A DNA stretch of 64,000 nt. Origin: Pristiophorus japonicus. Lineage: Eukaryota. The notes beneath the pieces were generated by a model that worked only from the letters and a program-made list of their open reading frames with translations, ran no database searches and had not been told where the DNA came from. Every line of letters starts with the position of its first letter. Within the stretch, counting starts at the first letter, position 1. The DNA lies in assembly GCF_044704955.1 (NCBI RefSeq), contig NC_091989.1, forward strand, positions 80,724,001-80,788,000, written 5' to 3'. This document shows, one piece after another, positions 1-12,711 of this stretch. Position numbers and translations under genes: made by a program.

Positions 1-492
1 GACATTGTATTGGCAGGCATTCAATGAGGCACACGCACTGAATGTACCGACCGGGGCGCAAGCGTGAACGTTGCACCAGGAATAGGTCAGGATCGGAGTG
101 ATCGTCAACAGCCAAATGCTAGCGGTTAGCGCCCTTGGTGAGCATCTAATGAATTTCCCGTCAGGGCGCTAAATGCTGCGCTCCCGGTCGCTAAGCTCTC
201 ATGCTCCCATTAACGCCTCCTCTGGCTGCTAACTGGGGCTATAGACGACCCAAAATCCAGCCCTTTGCACTTACTTTGTACTCGAGTTAAGCTTCAGTTT
301 GTAACAAACATAAGGGGGACAACTGAAGACAGAGAAGCAGTGAAAGATTTTTAAATTGGCCACCTCCCACTGCGGAATGATCTTCAGGCCGAGGAGCCCT
401 GGTGCTGGTGACCAGCTGCCGTCACGCTCCTGCCTCAGGCTGATTCCAGCATGAGGCCATGCCAGGGTGCGGAGTGAGCAGTACCAGGAGCA

Positions 493-928
493 CATAAGAA
501 CATAAGAAATAGGAGCAGGAGTAGGCCATACAGCCCCTCGAGCCTGCTCCGCCATTTAATATCATGGCTGATCCGATCATGGACTCAGGTCCACTTCCCT
601 GCCCACTCCCCATAACCCCTTATCCCCTTATCGGTTAAGAAACTGTCTATTTCTATCTTAAATTTATTCAATGTCCCAGCTTCCACAGCTCTCTGAAGCA
701 GCGAATTCCACAGATCCACAACCCTCTGAGAGAAGAAATTTCTCCTCATCTCAGTTTTAAATGGGCGACCCCTTATTCTAAGATTATGCTCCCTAGTTCT
801 AGTCTCCCCCATCAGTGGAAACATCCTCTCTGCATCCACCTTGTCAAGCCCCTTCAAAATCTTATATGTTTCAATAAGATCACCTCTCATTCTTCTGAAT
901 TCCAATGAGTCGAAGCCCAGGCTACTCA
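493..928 (-). mobile_element. CR1 LINE 3' fragment
   Basis: SLEFRRMRGDLIETYKI...NFFSQRVVDLWNSL, with 3' hairpin and (TTCTTATG)n tail. Confidence 0.9.
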
Positions 929-1034
929 ACGACGGTGGAAACTCCTCTCCCCACAGGCACAGGGCTCTCATATCGGGAGAAAGGCTGAGCTGTAAGAGAC
1001 CTTTGGCCAGACCTAGAGTTTTCAGAAATATTAC

Positions 1035-1206
1035 CTGGATGGAGTTGCCCAGGGTACGGATGCAGTCAGACTCGGTGAGCTTGCAGATGTGCAGCTTGTT
1101 GGACTTCTCCAAGTTTCTGACCCACTTGTTAGCCTGGCCCTGCGGGTCGATCATGAGCGGCCAGCGCTGGGCCCAGGTGACGATGATGGCGTTGTCCACC
1201 GAGAAT
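1035..1206 (-). CDS. Dynein heavy chain exon 11 of 11 (AAA5 start)
   Basis: 172 nt, FSVDNAIIVTWAQRWPLMIDPQGQANKWVRNLEK...LGNSIQ. Acceptor actcag, donor gtaat, phase 2/0. Confidence 0.95.
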
Positions 1207-1291
1207 CTGAGTGGACAGGAACGTTGCATGAGATTTTCGCACCACTTCATTCTCAACGTCCTGTCAGAGCGATCGGGAAGGAAATACTTAC

Positions 1292-1425
1292 ATGTCCCGC
1301 GGCAGTCCGTGCAGTTGCCACTCCATGATGTTCACCGGCTCCCCCAAGGTATTCGACAGGGAGAAGATGTCGGACACTGGGATTCGTTTCTGCTTGCACA
1401 TACTCAACCATTCCTTCAGCACGTC
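1292..1425 (-). CDS. Dynein heavy chain exon 10 of 11 (correct frame not in ORF track)
   Basis: 134 nt, DVLKEWLSMCKQKRIPVSDIFSLSNTLGEPVNIMEWQLHGLPRD(I). Acceptor tggcag, donor gtaagt, phase 0/2. Confidence 0.93.
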
Positions 1426-1519
1426 CTGCCATAGAGGGACAACAGCAACACAACATGTGAAACCTTGGCCAGATGCATTTCCTGCAGCTGAGCACCGATT
1501 TAAGCAGTGCCCATGTGCA

Positions 1520-1802
1520 GCTATGTGTCATATACACACCACTAGGTCCGTGCAGCAGAGCAGGTCTCCAGTTGTCTTGGTTAATCCTTGCCACTGGACC
1601 AAGACCTCGCTCTGTGAAGCCCGTGTGGTGGCTGGTGTGAAACGGCCACCCCACTTTAAAAGAATCCACACACAGGCATCTTCCACCCTTCAGGATGTAG
1701 TTCAGGATCTGGAATATTAGTTCCTTCATTGGAACACCTGTGAACTTTTTGACATGGAAGCAAGTCATCCTCGATTCGAGGGACTGCCTATGATGATGAT
1801 GA
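1520..1802 (+). mobile_element. Non-autonomous RTE-tailed retroposon, copy 1
   Basis: Ends ggaagcaagtcatcctcgattcgagggactgcctatgatgatga, shared with the RTE at 13411; body is non-coding. Confidence 0.75.
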
Positions 1803-1858
1803 CCCACCAAAGGGTCTATTTACAACAACAACTTGAATTTATATAGCGCCTTTAACAT

Positions 1859-3000
1859 AGTGGACTTTCAAAAGGCTTTTGACAAGGTCCCGCACAAGAG
1901 ATTGGTGTGCAAAATCAAAGCACATGGTAATGGGGGTAATGTACTGGCGTGGATAGAGAACTGGTTGGCAGACACGAAGCAGAGAGTCGGGATAAACGGG
2001 TCCTTTTCAGAATGGCAGGCAGTCACTAGTTACAATATACCTTAACGATTTAGATGTAGGAATTGAGTGTAATATCTCCAAGTTTGCAGATGACACTAAA
2101 CTAGGTGGCGGTGTGAGCTGTGAGGAGGACGCTAAGAGGCTGCAGGGTGACTTGGACAGGTTAGGTGAGTGGGCAAATGCACGGCAGATACAGTATAATG
2201 TGGATCCATTTTGGGGGCAAAAACACGAAGGCAGAATATTATCTGAAAGGCGGCTGATTAGAAAAAGGGAGGTGCAACGAGACCTGGGTGTCATGGTTCA
2301 TCAGTCATTGAAAGTTGGCATGCAGGTACAGCAGGCGGTGAAGAAGGCAAATGGTATGTTGGCCTTCATAGCTAGGGGATTTGAGTATAGGAGCAGGGAG
2401 GTCTTACTGTGGTTGTACAGGCCTTAGTGAGGCCTCACCTGAAATATTGTGTTCAGTTTTGGTCTCCTAATCTGAGGAAGAACGTTCTTGCTATTGAGGG
2501 AGTGCAGCGAAGGTTCACCAGACTAATTCCAGGGATGGCTGGACTGTCATATGAGGAAAGACTGGATCAACTGGGCCTTTATTCACTGGAGTTTAGAAGG
2601 ATGAGAGGGGATCTCATAGAAACGTATAAGATTCTGACGGGACTGGACAGGTTAGATGCGGGTAGAATGTTCCCGATGTTGGGGAAGTCCAGAACCAGGG
2701 AACACAGTCTTAGGATAAGGGGTAAGCCATTTAGGACTGAAATGAGGAGAAACTTCTTCACTCAGAGAGTTGTTAACCTGTGGAATTCCCTGCCGCAGAG
2801 AGTTGTTGATGCCAGTTCATTGGATATATTCAAGAGGGAGTTAGATATGGCCCTTGCGGCTAAGGGGATCAAGGGGTATGGAGAAAAAGCAGGAAAGGGG
2901 TATTGAGGGAATGATCAGCCATGATCTTATTGAATGGTGGTGCTGGCTCGAAGGGCCAAATGGCCTATTCCTGCACCTATTTTCTATGTTTCTATATTTC
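1859..3000 (+). mobile_element. CR1 LINE, 5'-truncated, inserted in an L2 3' end
   Basis: DFQKAFDKV, KFADDTKL and the CR1 ORF2 C-terminus; tail tttctatgtttcta. Confidence 0.9.
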
Positions 3001-3397
3001 TAAGGCGCTTCACAGAAGTGTTCTAAGACAAAATAAATAAATTTGACACCGTAAGAAGAAATTAGCGCAGGTGACCAAAAGCTTGGTCAAAGAGGTAGGT
3101 TTTAAGGAGCGTCTTGAAGGAGGAAAGAGAGGTAGAGAGGCGGAGAGGTTTAGGCAGGGAGTTCCAGAGCTTGGGGCCCAGGCAGCTGAAGGCACAGCCA
3201 CCAATGGTTGAGTGATTACAATCAGGGATGCTCAAGAGGGCAGAATTTGAGGAGTGCAGACATCTCGAGTTATTGTGGGGCTGGAGGAAATTACAGAGAT
3301 AGTGAGGGGCGAGGCCATGGTGGGATTTGAAAACAAGGATGGGGATTTTGAAATCAAGGCATTGTTTAACCGGGAGCCAATGTAAGTCAGCGAGCAC
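3001..3397 (-). mobile_element. L2 LINE 3' end (tail continues at about 1822-1858)
   Basis: LADLHWLPV...LWNSLP...FKTLLKTYLF; tail gctatataaat...gttgttg. Confidence 0.85.
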
Positions 3398-3524
3398 AAT
3401 TTAAATTAAAAATCGATATCATTCCTGGTTGGCAGAGTGGCTGCAGTGTCACAACTCGGGAAATGAGGGTAGAAAGTGGGTGAATGCCCCAGCACGGGGT
3501 TAGGTTCCACATGAATGCTTATGG

Positions 3525-4120
3525 CACCCAGCTCTATCTCACCACCACCTCTCTCCACCCCTCCACTGCCTCTGTGTTGTCAGACTGCTTTGACGACTTC
3601 TAGTCCTGAATGAGCTATAATTTCCTTCAATTGGGAAGACTAAAGCCTGCGGTTTCCCCTCTGCCACAAACTCCATTCCCGATCCATCGACTCCATCCAT
3701 TTCTCTTTAACTGATCCAGTTTGTTCGCAATCCTGGTGTCCTACTTGACCCTGAGCTGAACTTCCGACTTATAGGAAATAGGAGCAGGAGTAGGCCATTG
3801 GGCCCCTCGAGCCTAATCCACCATTCAATAATATCATGGCTGATCTTTTACCTCAACTACACTTTCCTGCCCATATCTTTTGATTCCCTTAAAGTCCAAG
3901 ACCGCCGACTTCAACCTCTGTAACATCGCCCGATTCTACCCCGGCCTCAGCTCATCTGCTGCTGAAGCCCTCATCCATGCCTCTGTTACCTCTAGTCTTG
4001 ACTATTCCAATACTCCCCTGGCCGGCCTCCCACATTCTACTCTCCGTAAACTTGAGCTCATCCAAAACTCTGCTGCCCCTTGTCCAACTCGCTGCAAGGC
4101 CCGTTGACCCATCACCCCTG
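3525..4120 (+). mobile_element. Decayed L2 fragment with a small CR1 3' piece inside
   Basis: AAEALIHASVTSSLDYSN...LELIQNSAA, typical of L2 ORF2. Confidence 0.75.
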
Positions 4121-4291
4121 TTGTTGGGAATGAAGGAAGTTGTCCGGCGGGCCTGCCATTGGATTCCTGCCCTGCCGTGTGTTTTCCTCGGCCTAGCCTA
4201 CCTGGGGAGGCAGCTAACTGTTCCTTCCCCTCCTGCCGGGGGACAGACGGCCTGGAAAGCTGCCCGACTCCACACTGCCACCTGCCTGTGC

Positions 4292-4735
4292 AGCCCCGTC
4301 CGCCCCGCCCCACCCGGCCCAACTCCCTCCGCCCCGCTCCCTCCACCCAGCCCCACCCCGCCCAACTCCCTCCGCCCAGCCCCACCCCACTCCCTCCGCC
4401 CAGACCCACCCCGCCCAACTCCCTCCGCCCAGCCCCACCCCGCCCAACTCCGTCCGCCCCGCCCCACCCCGCCCAACTCCCTCCACCCAGCCCCACCCCG
4501 CCCAACTCCCTCTGCCCCACCCCGCCCAACTCCCTTCCCCCCCCCAGCCCATCCTGCGCAACTCCGTCCGCCCCTCCCCACCCCGCCCAACTCCCTCCAC
4601 ACAGCCCCACCCCGCCCAACTCCCTCCGCCCAGCTCCACCCCGCCCAACTCCCTCCGCCCAGCCACACCCCGCCCAACTCCCTCCGCCCAGCCCCACCCC
4701 GCCCAACTCCCTCCGTCTTGCGCCGCCCCGACCTG
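4292..4735. repeat. 29-bp C-rich minisatellite, about 15 copies
   Basis: Unit ccccaccccgcccaactccctccgcccag. Confidence 0.9.
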
Positions 4736-5501
4736 CCCGGCCCCGCGGCACTGCCAGGAATGGAGCAGTGGCCTGGAGGCAGTGGTTCAGTGCCAGGCCC
4801 TTTGATCTTCGGGCACCTGAGACCTTTGGAAACCACCTCCACCTCTTTGAGAGCTGCGGTGGGGATCCCTCTTCAACCCCACTGCACCTTCCTCCCCTCT
4901 GACAGCAGTGGGCTTCCTCTTGGGCAGCACAGATCTCACCGGGAGCGTGCCCTGCGTATTGAATGGGGCCCAAGGAGGAGAGTAGGTCGAGGGTCCCTGT
5001 CAGGTGAGGATAGTGGACGGAGGTCTCACCCTGACCCTCCTCGGGCAGAGTCAGGAAACTCCCGCCTTGCGTGTGCATCTCACTAATATTTACATCAGGT
5101 CATTAACTATTACCAGACCTTTCAAATTCATCCAGCAAGCAATGCTACCTTCTCAATTACTTCTGGATAGGGATAGGAAAGGACTAGCCTTTCCCTCATG
5201 CTAGTCCCCATGTAATGGAAGGCCACGGGCCAGACAGCACTGAACAGTGGCCAACAACCATCACTTTGGTCGGACTTGCACAGGCACGATGGGCCGAATG
5301 GCCTCCTTCTGTGCTGTAAGCTGCTTCATTTTTGCTGCTGGAATGATTTGATTGACTGCCCAAGTAGCCAAGATAATAAAGCAGGGTAATATTCCACAAA
5401 TGCAGCAGTAAGTGGAAGCCAAACATTGTTCCTTATTCTGTTATCAGTCACACATTGAATGATATTAAACGTTTCAGTTGCACTGAAGAGCCTTGCCTCA
5501 C

Positions 5502-5673
5502 CTGTCGGAACTCTGGGGTGAAGGGGCCGAGATAGGCCACCACACTGGCACTCAGTAATACATCGCCAATAATATTCTGGTATGTGTCTTCCAGATGTTC
5601 TGCAATATCAGTCCAGCGTTCCTTCTCCCCTCCAAGGCCATTGATCAGCTTCTCAGCACGCTCCAGCTTCAGC
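5502..5673 (-). CDS. Dynein heavy chain exon 9 of 11
   Basis: 172 nt, LKLERAEKLINGLGGEKERW...VAYLGPFTPEFRQ. Acceptor tttcag, donor gtgagg, phase 2/0. Confidence 0.95.
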
Positions 5674-5789
5674 CTGAAAACAATACGAGGCAGTGAGGGG
5701 GCGTTACACCAGCCAAGCGAAACAGAGCAATAACCAAAGGAAGACAACAAGCTCCCATCCTGCTCACTCAGGTGTTTCTGGCAAACTGC

Positions 5790-6015
5790 CCAACCCCAAT
5801 CCCCCTCCTACTCCCGCCCCCCTCCCCCTCTGACTCCTCCCCCTCCTACTTCCCTCCCCCTCTGACCCCCTCCCCCTCCGACCCCTCCCCCTCCGACTCC
5901 CCTCCCCCTCTGACCCCCTCCCCCTCCGACCCCCCTCCCCCTCCAATCCCCCTCACCCTCCAATCCCCCTCACCCTCCGATCCCCGTCCCCCTACAACCT
6001 CCGTCCTCCTCCTGC
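5790..6015. repeat. C/T-rich low-complexity tandem repeat
   Basis: ccccctccccctc(c/t)ga motifs. Confidence 0.8.
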
Positions 6016-7003
6016 CTCCATCCCACTCATATAACAACCATGGATCCCTTCATTCTTTCCTCAATTAAGGGCTTGCACATTTGTTTGTTGGAAGATTCCA
6101 TAGATTGTGTAATTTACCATAATTAGTGACAGTTTATTTGGGTGGCTGGGGGTTTCGGGAGGGAATACCGGATGGCGGGACAAGATAGCTTAAGGCAGTC
6201 ATTTGTCATACATTGCTCTCCATCCCAGCGACCTCGGCCTCCGAGTCTCAGTGTGAAGGTGGAGCAAGCCTTTCGGTTTGTGGTAATGTTCCCGCCCCTG
6301 AGTCAGAAGGTGCAGAGTTCGATCCCGCTCCAGATCGTCACAGTGAGTGGAGACCGGCTTAGAATTCTGGCTCCACATCATATTAGTTGCATTCAGACAC
6401 CACATTATATGGAAAACTGAATATGAATAGGGATCGGGCAGGAAAACGGAGTTGATTTAGAAGTTCAGCCATGATCTTATTGAATGGCGGAGCAGGCTCA
6501 GGAGGCCACATGACTTACAAAGAACATAAGAAATAGGAGCAGGAGTAGGCCGTACGGTCCCTCGAGCCTGCTGCACCCTTCAATACGATCATGGCTGATC
6601 TGATCATGGACTCAGCTCTACTTCCCCGCCCGCTCCCCATAACCCTTGACTCCCTTTCGCTCAAAAATCTGTCCATCTCTACCTTAAATATATTCAATGA
6701 CCCAGCCTCCACAGCTCCCTGGGGCAGAGAATTCCACAGATTTACAACCCTCTGAGAGAAGAATTTCTCCTCATCTCAGTTTTAAATGGGTGGCCCCTTA
6801 TTCTGAGACTATGCCCCCTAGTTTTAGTTTCCCCTATGAGTGGAAATATCCTCTCTGCATCCACCTTGTCGAGCCCCCTCATTATCTTACATATTTCGAT
6901 AAGATCACTTCTCATTGATCTGAACTCCAATGTGTATAGGCCCAACCTACTCAACCTATCTTCATAAGTCAACCTCCTCATCTCTGGAATCAAACAAGTG
7001 AAC

Positions 7004-7190
7004 TGTTGTATATGAATAAAGAGTCTGACTGGATACTGTGAGCTCAAAGTAAAGTGTGACCTTAGTCTTTTATTGCAGGTCTCCAGAGTACCTCTGCAGC
7101 CTGTGAGGCCTCCTTAAGTACCTGTGCTCCCAAAGTATTGTGGGATCCCTTGAGATTCCAGGGGATGAGCCCTCTGGTAGCTGTACAACA
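7004..7190 (-). repeat. Gypsy 3' LTR
   Basis: Direct repeat of 12529-12711; adjacent to the polypurine tract at 7191-7202. Confidence 0.9.
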
Positions 7191-7321
7191 CTCCCCCTGC
7201 CCAAAGTCAACAGTGTAACTATTTACAAGGTGAGTCGATCTGGAGCCTTTCTTGCCCTGGTTGATCGTCTCGGTGCAAATGCTGGTTTTGGTGAATCGTT
7301 TGTTGGGCCCTCGCTGGGCTA

Positions 7322-8662
7322 CTATACAGCTGGCCTTGCTGGGCTGCCTGGTGTGGTGAGTCCTGCTGGGCTGCTGTGGGTGAAGGGTTCTGCTTCATGG
7401 ACAACTGTGGTGGTTGCCACTGGTGTGTGTGTTGGGTGGTCAAAGAAGGTAGGGTCCAAGGTGGGTTGCTCAGGATAGTCCGTGAATCTGAGTTTGATTT
7501 GGTCCAAGTGTTTCCTGTAGATGAGTCCATTTGAAAGTTTGACCTGAAACACCCTGCTCCCCTCTTTGGCCACAACAGTGCCGGGAAGCCACTTAGGACC
7601 TTGTTCATAATTCAATACAAATACAGGATCATTGATTTCAATTTCGCGTGACATATTTGCGCTATCATGGTATGCACTTTGTTGAAGCCGCCTGCTCTCT
7701 ACCTGTTCATGTAGATCAGGGTGAACTAACGAGAGCCTTGTCTTAAGTGCCCTTTTCATGAGCAGTTCAGCAGGTGGAATCCCAGTGAGCGAGTGGGGTC
7801 TCGTGTGGTAGCTAAGCAGAACTCTGGATAGGTGAGTCTGCAGTGAGCGTTCAGTTACCCTCTTCAAGCCCTGCTTGATAGTTTGCACTGCTCTCTCTGC
7901 CTGACCATTGGATGCTGGTTTGAACGGGGCAGATGTAACATGTTTGATCCCGTTACAGGTCATGAACTCTTTGAACTCGTCACTGCTACAAAATGGCCCA
8001 TTGTCGCTCACAAGGACATCAGGTAGTCCGTGCGTGGCAAACATGGCCCGTAGGCTTTCAGTGGTGGCAGCGGACGTGCTTGCCGACATTATCTCACATT
8101 CAATCCATTTGGAGTACGCATCTACAACCACAAGGAATATTTTACCCAAAAATGGGCCTGCATTGTCGACATGGACCCTGGACCACGATTTGGAGGGCCA
8201 AGACCATAAACTAAGTGGTGCCTCCCTGGGTGCATTACTTAACTGCGAACATGTGTTACATCTGTGCACGCAGGACTCTAAGTTTGCATCGATACCGGGC
8301 CAACACATGTGGGATTTGGCTATCGATTTCATCATTACGATGCCTGGATGGGTACTGTGGAGGTCACTGATGAAAGTGTCTCTGCCCTTCTTGGGGACCA
8401 TTACCCGATTGCCCCACAGAAGGCAGCCTGCCTGTATAGACATTTCATTATTGCGCCACTGGTACGGCTTTATCTCTTCCTGCATTTCCATTGGGACACT
8501 GGACCAGCTCCTGTGAAGCACACCATTTTTTACTCGGGACAGTAAGGGGTCCTGGCTCATCCAGGTTCTAATCTGTTGGGCTGTGACGGGCGATTGCTCA
8601 CACTCGAATGCTTCCATAACCATGGCTAGATCTGCGGGCTGCCGTTGCCCACCCCCGGGCAA
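7322..8662 (-). pseudogene. Gypsy integrase region (K02A2.6-like pol fragment)
   Basis: LHSTHPG...CNTC zinc motif, WSRVHVD, VDAYSKW, LVSDNG, ASNGQAER. Upstream pol is broken by frameshifts. Confidence 0.88.
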
Positions 8663-9580
8663 CAGGAAAACAGGGATATTAGTGGCTTATGGTCCATTTC
8701 CAATTAAAATTTTAGCCCAAACAGATATTGATGCATTTTCTTTACCCCATAGACACACGCTAACACTTCTTTTTCAATCATGCTGTAGGCTCTCTCAGCC
8801 TTAGACAGACTTCTGGATGCATAAGCAACCGGTTGCAATTTCCCAGATTCATTAGCTTGTTGCAATACACACCCGACTCCATATGACAACGCATCACATG
8901 CTAGTACCAAATGCTTACATACAACACAAGCAATTTGTTTGAGCATAACAATTTTCTAGCTTTTACAAAGGCATTTTCTTGGCTTTTGCCCCAAACCCAT
9001 TTGTCCCCTTTACGCAGTAAGGCATGCAATGGTTCTAACAGTGTGCTGAGACCCGGTAATAAGATACCAAAGTAGTTCAGAAGTTCTAGAAACGACCGCA
9101 GCTCCATCACGTTCTGCGGCCTTGTTGCGTTCTCGATTGCCTCCATCTTCGAACTGGTGGGCCTGATGCCGTCCGCCGTGATCCTCCTCCCCAGGAACTC
9201 CACTTCAGGCGCCAGGAAAACGCACTTCGAGCGTTTCAACCTGAGCCCCACGCGGTTGAGTCAACTTAGAACCTCCTCCAGGTTCTGCAGATTCTCGATT
9301 GTGTCCCGACCTGTAAACAAGATGTCGTCCTGGAAGACCACCGTGGCGGGACCGACTTCAGTAAACTTTCCATGTTTCTCTGGAATATCGCTGTGGCTGA
9401 TCGAATTCCAAATGCGCATCTGTTATAAATGAAGAGACCTTTGTGCGTGTTGATGCAGGAGAGGCCCTTCAATTACTCCTCCAGCTCCTGCATCATGTAG
9501 GCCAAGGTCAAGTCCAGCTTCATAAACGTCTTTCCTCCCGCCAGCATAGCAAAAAGCTCGTTATCCTTTGGTAGTGGGTA

Positions 9581-10954
9581 ACATTGAAACATAGAAACAT
9601 AGAAACATAGAAAATAGTTGCAGGAGTAGGCCATTTGGACCTTCGAGCCTGCACCGCCATTCAATGAGTTCATGACTGAACATGCAACTTCAGTACCCCA
9701 TTCCTGCTTTCTCGCCATACCCCTTGATCCCCCTAGTAGTAAGGACTACATTTAACTCCTTTTTGAATATATTTAGTGAATTGGCCTCAACAACTTCCTG
9801 TGGTAGAGAATTCCACAGGTTCACCACTCTCTGGGTGAAGAAGTTTCTCCTCATCTCAGTCCTAAATGGCTTACCCCTTATCCTTAGACTGTGACCCCTG
9901 GTTCTGGACTTCCCGAACATTGGGAACATTCTTCCTGCATCTAACCTGTCCAAACCCGTCAGAATTTTAAACGTTTCGATGAGATCCCCTCTCATTCTTC
10001 TGAACTCCAGTGAATACAAGCCCAGTTGATCCAGTCTTTCTTGATATGTCAGTCCCGCCATCCCGGGAATCAGTCTGGTGAACCTTCGCTGCGCTCCCTC
10101 AATAGCAAGAATGTCCTTCCTCAAGTTAGGAGACCAAAACTGTACACCAAGACCCTGTACAACTGTAGTAACACCTCCCTGCCCCTGTATTCAAATCCCC
10201 TCGCTATGAAGGCCAACATGCCATTTGCTTTCTCAACCGCCTGCTGTACCTGCATGCCAACCTTCAATGACTGATGTACCATGACACCCAGGTCTTGTTG
10301 CACCTCCCCTTTTCCTAATCTGTCACCATTCAGATAATAGTCTGTCTCTCTGTTTTTACCACCAAAGTGGATAACCTCACATTTATCCACATTATACTTC
10401 ATCTGCCATGCATTTGCCCACTCACCTAACCTATCCAAGTCACTCTGCAGCCTCATAGCATCCTCCTCGCAGCTCACACTGCCACCCAACTTAGTGTCAT
10501 CTGCAAATTTGGAGCTACTACATTTAATCCCCTCGTCTAAATCATTAATGTACAATGTAAACAGCTGGGGCCCCAGCACAGAACCTTGCGGTACCCCACT
10601 AGTCACTGCCTGCCATTCTGCAAAGTACCCATTTACTCCTACTCTTTGCTTCCTGTCTGCCAACCAGTTCTCAATCCACATCAGCACACTACCCCCAATC
10701 CCATGTACTTTAACTTTGCACATTAATCTCTTGTGTAGGACCTTGTCGAAAGCCTTCTGAAAGTCCAAATACACCACATCAACTGGTTCTCCCTTGTCCA
10801 CTCTACTGGAAACATCCTCAAAAAATCCCAGAAGATTTGTCAAGCATGATTTCCCTTTCACAAATCCATGCTGACTTGGACCTATTATGTCGCCTCTTTC
10901 CAAATACGCTGCTATGACATCCTTAATAATTGATTCCATCATTTTACCCACTAC
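9581..10954 (-). mobile_element. CR1 LINE inserted in the Gypsy RT
   Basis: QHGFVKGKSCLTNL, YLDFQKAFD, GVPQGSVLGP, FADDTK; (TTTCTATG)n tail. Confidence 0.92.
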
Positions 10955-11564
10955 CTGCAGGGCGAAACGATTGATAGTTACTTTGTAATCACCACAGATT
11001 CTGACGGTGCCATCTCCCTTGAGGATTGGAACAATAGGACTGGCCCAATTGTTGAATTCGATCGGCGAAATGATGCCCTCTCATTGCAGCTGGTCCAGCT
11101 CGATCTCTATCCTTTCTCTTATCATGTACGGTACTGCTCTCGCCTTGTGATGGATGTGTCGCGCCCCCGGAATTAGGTGGATCTGCACTTTTGCTCCTTA
11201 GAACTTCCCGATGCCTGGTTCGAACAGCGAAGGGAACTTGTTTAAGACCTGGGCACACGAAGTGTCGTCAGTGGGCAAGAGCACTCTGACGTCATCCCAG
11301 TTCGAGCGTATCTTTCCCAGCCAGCTCCTGCCGAGCAGCTTGGACTATCGCCCGTTACCACCCAGAGTGTTAACTTGTGCACCGCTCCATCGTAGCACTG
11401 CTGATTACGGGAGTCAATTCCTTTGTGTAAGTTCTCTGTTTCATGCGAATCGGAGTCAAGACTGGCCTTGAGGCCTTGCTGCACCACAATTTTTCAAAAG
11501 TCTTTTTACTCATAATGGACTGGCTCGTGCCCGTGTCCAGCTCCATTGACACTGGGAGTCCATT

Positions 11565-12490
11565 TTATTCAACCTTCAGCATTATCGGGGGACACTTTGT
11601 GGTAAATGTGTGCACCTCATATACCTCTGCCTCCTTGGTCTGAGGCTCTGGTTCGCCGTGATCCGCTGTGGATCTGTCCTCTTCTGCAACATGGTGGTTT
11701 GCAGGATTAACCGGGTTTTCAGCTCGCCTGCACATACGTTGGAGGTGTCCCATTGTTCCACAGCACTTTCAAACGTACCCTTTGAAGCGGCATGAATGGA
11801 AATGATGATCACCCCCCACAGCGCCAACAAGGTGATAATGGCATTGCATTCATCACCCTTGATGGCGGACTCTGATATATCTGTGGATGTGCAGCTGCAG
11901 GCATGTGGGGCCTGCCGTCTATGTGATTTGAAAACAACATCACTTTGTTCACAGTACTTGTAGCAGAACTCGTGTGCTGAGAGATTTGCTTAGTATTGTC
12001 ACTGTTGGCAATGAATGCCTGGGCTATCACTATGGCCTTATTCAAGGTTGTGGTCTCTACAGTCAAAAGTTTGTGAAGTATGGTTTCGTGGTCAATGCCA
12101 AGTATGAAAAAGTCTCTGAGCATGTGCTCCAAATGTCCTTCAAATTTGCAATGTCCTGCAAGGCATCTTAGCTCGGCGACATAACTCGCCACTTCTTGGC
12201 CTTCAGACCTTTTGTAGGTGTAGAACCGGTACCTCGCCATCGGGTTTAGATGCTCCTGGACCAGTGTGCACAAATCATCGTACAATTTCTCTGTGGGTTT
12301 CGCTGGAGCAAGCAGATTTTTCATGAGGCCATACGTTGGTGCCCCGCAGACGGTGAGGAGAATCGCCCTTCGTTTGGTAGCATTCGCTTCTCCTTCCAGC
12401 TCTTTGGCCACGAAGTATTGGTCGAGTCGCTCCACGAAGGTTTCTCAATCATCTCCCTCTGAGAATTTCTCCAGGATGCCTACTGTTCTC
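11565..12490 (-). pseudogene. Gypsy gag remnant
   Basis: ERLDQYFVAKELE...RAILLTVCGAPTY...LRDFF, then CWRCGG and GHLQRMC knuckles split across frames. Confidence 0.8.
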
Positions 12491-12528
12491 TGCATTGTTG
12501 GGTTCGTCATCTGTATCTCGTCGTCAGT

Positions 12529-12711
12529 TGTTATATGTGAATAAAGAGTCTGACTGGATACTGTGAGCTCAAAATAAAGTGTGACCGTAGTCTTTTATTG
12601 CAGGTCTCCAGAGTGCCTCTACAGCCTGTGAGGCCTCCTTAAGTACCTGTGCTCCAGGGGATGAGCCCTCTGGTGGCTGTACAAGGTATATACAAGTTTA
12701 CATACATAACA
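12529..12711 (-). repeat. Gypsy 5' LTR
   Basis: Direct repeat of 7004-7190; adjacent to the PBS-like sequence. Confidence 0.9.

Larger units (their letters stand above)
7004..12711 (-). mobile_element. Ty3/Gypsy LTR retrotransposon (Mag-like), full length but decayed; inserted into a CR1 and interrupted by another CR1
   Basis: Direct TG..CA LTRs and 5-bp TSD TGAAC (6999-7003, 12712-16). PPT gggcagggggag and PBS-like tgacgacgag. Gag with CCHC-like knuckles, protease ELDTG, RT, RNaseH CDA and integrase HHCC + VSDNG + NGQAER. Confidence 0.93.

Noticed and set aside
585-1256. 223-aa dynein-CR1 fusion ORF
   Set aside because: Chance read-through past the canonical donor at 1034 into an intronic CR1.
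3977-5086. Extensin-like Pro-rich ORFs and their antisense ORFs
   Set aside because: Artefacts of the 29-bp C-rich minisatellite.
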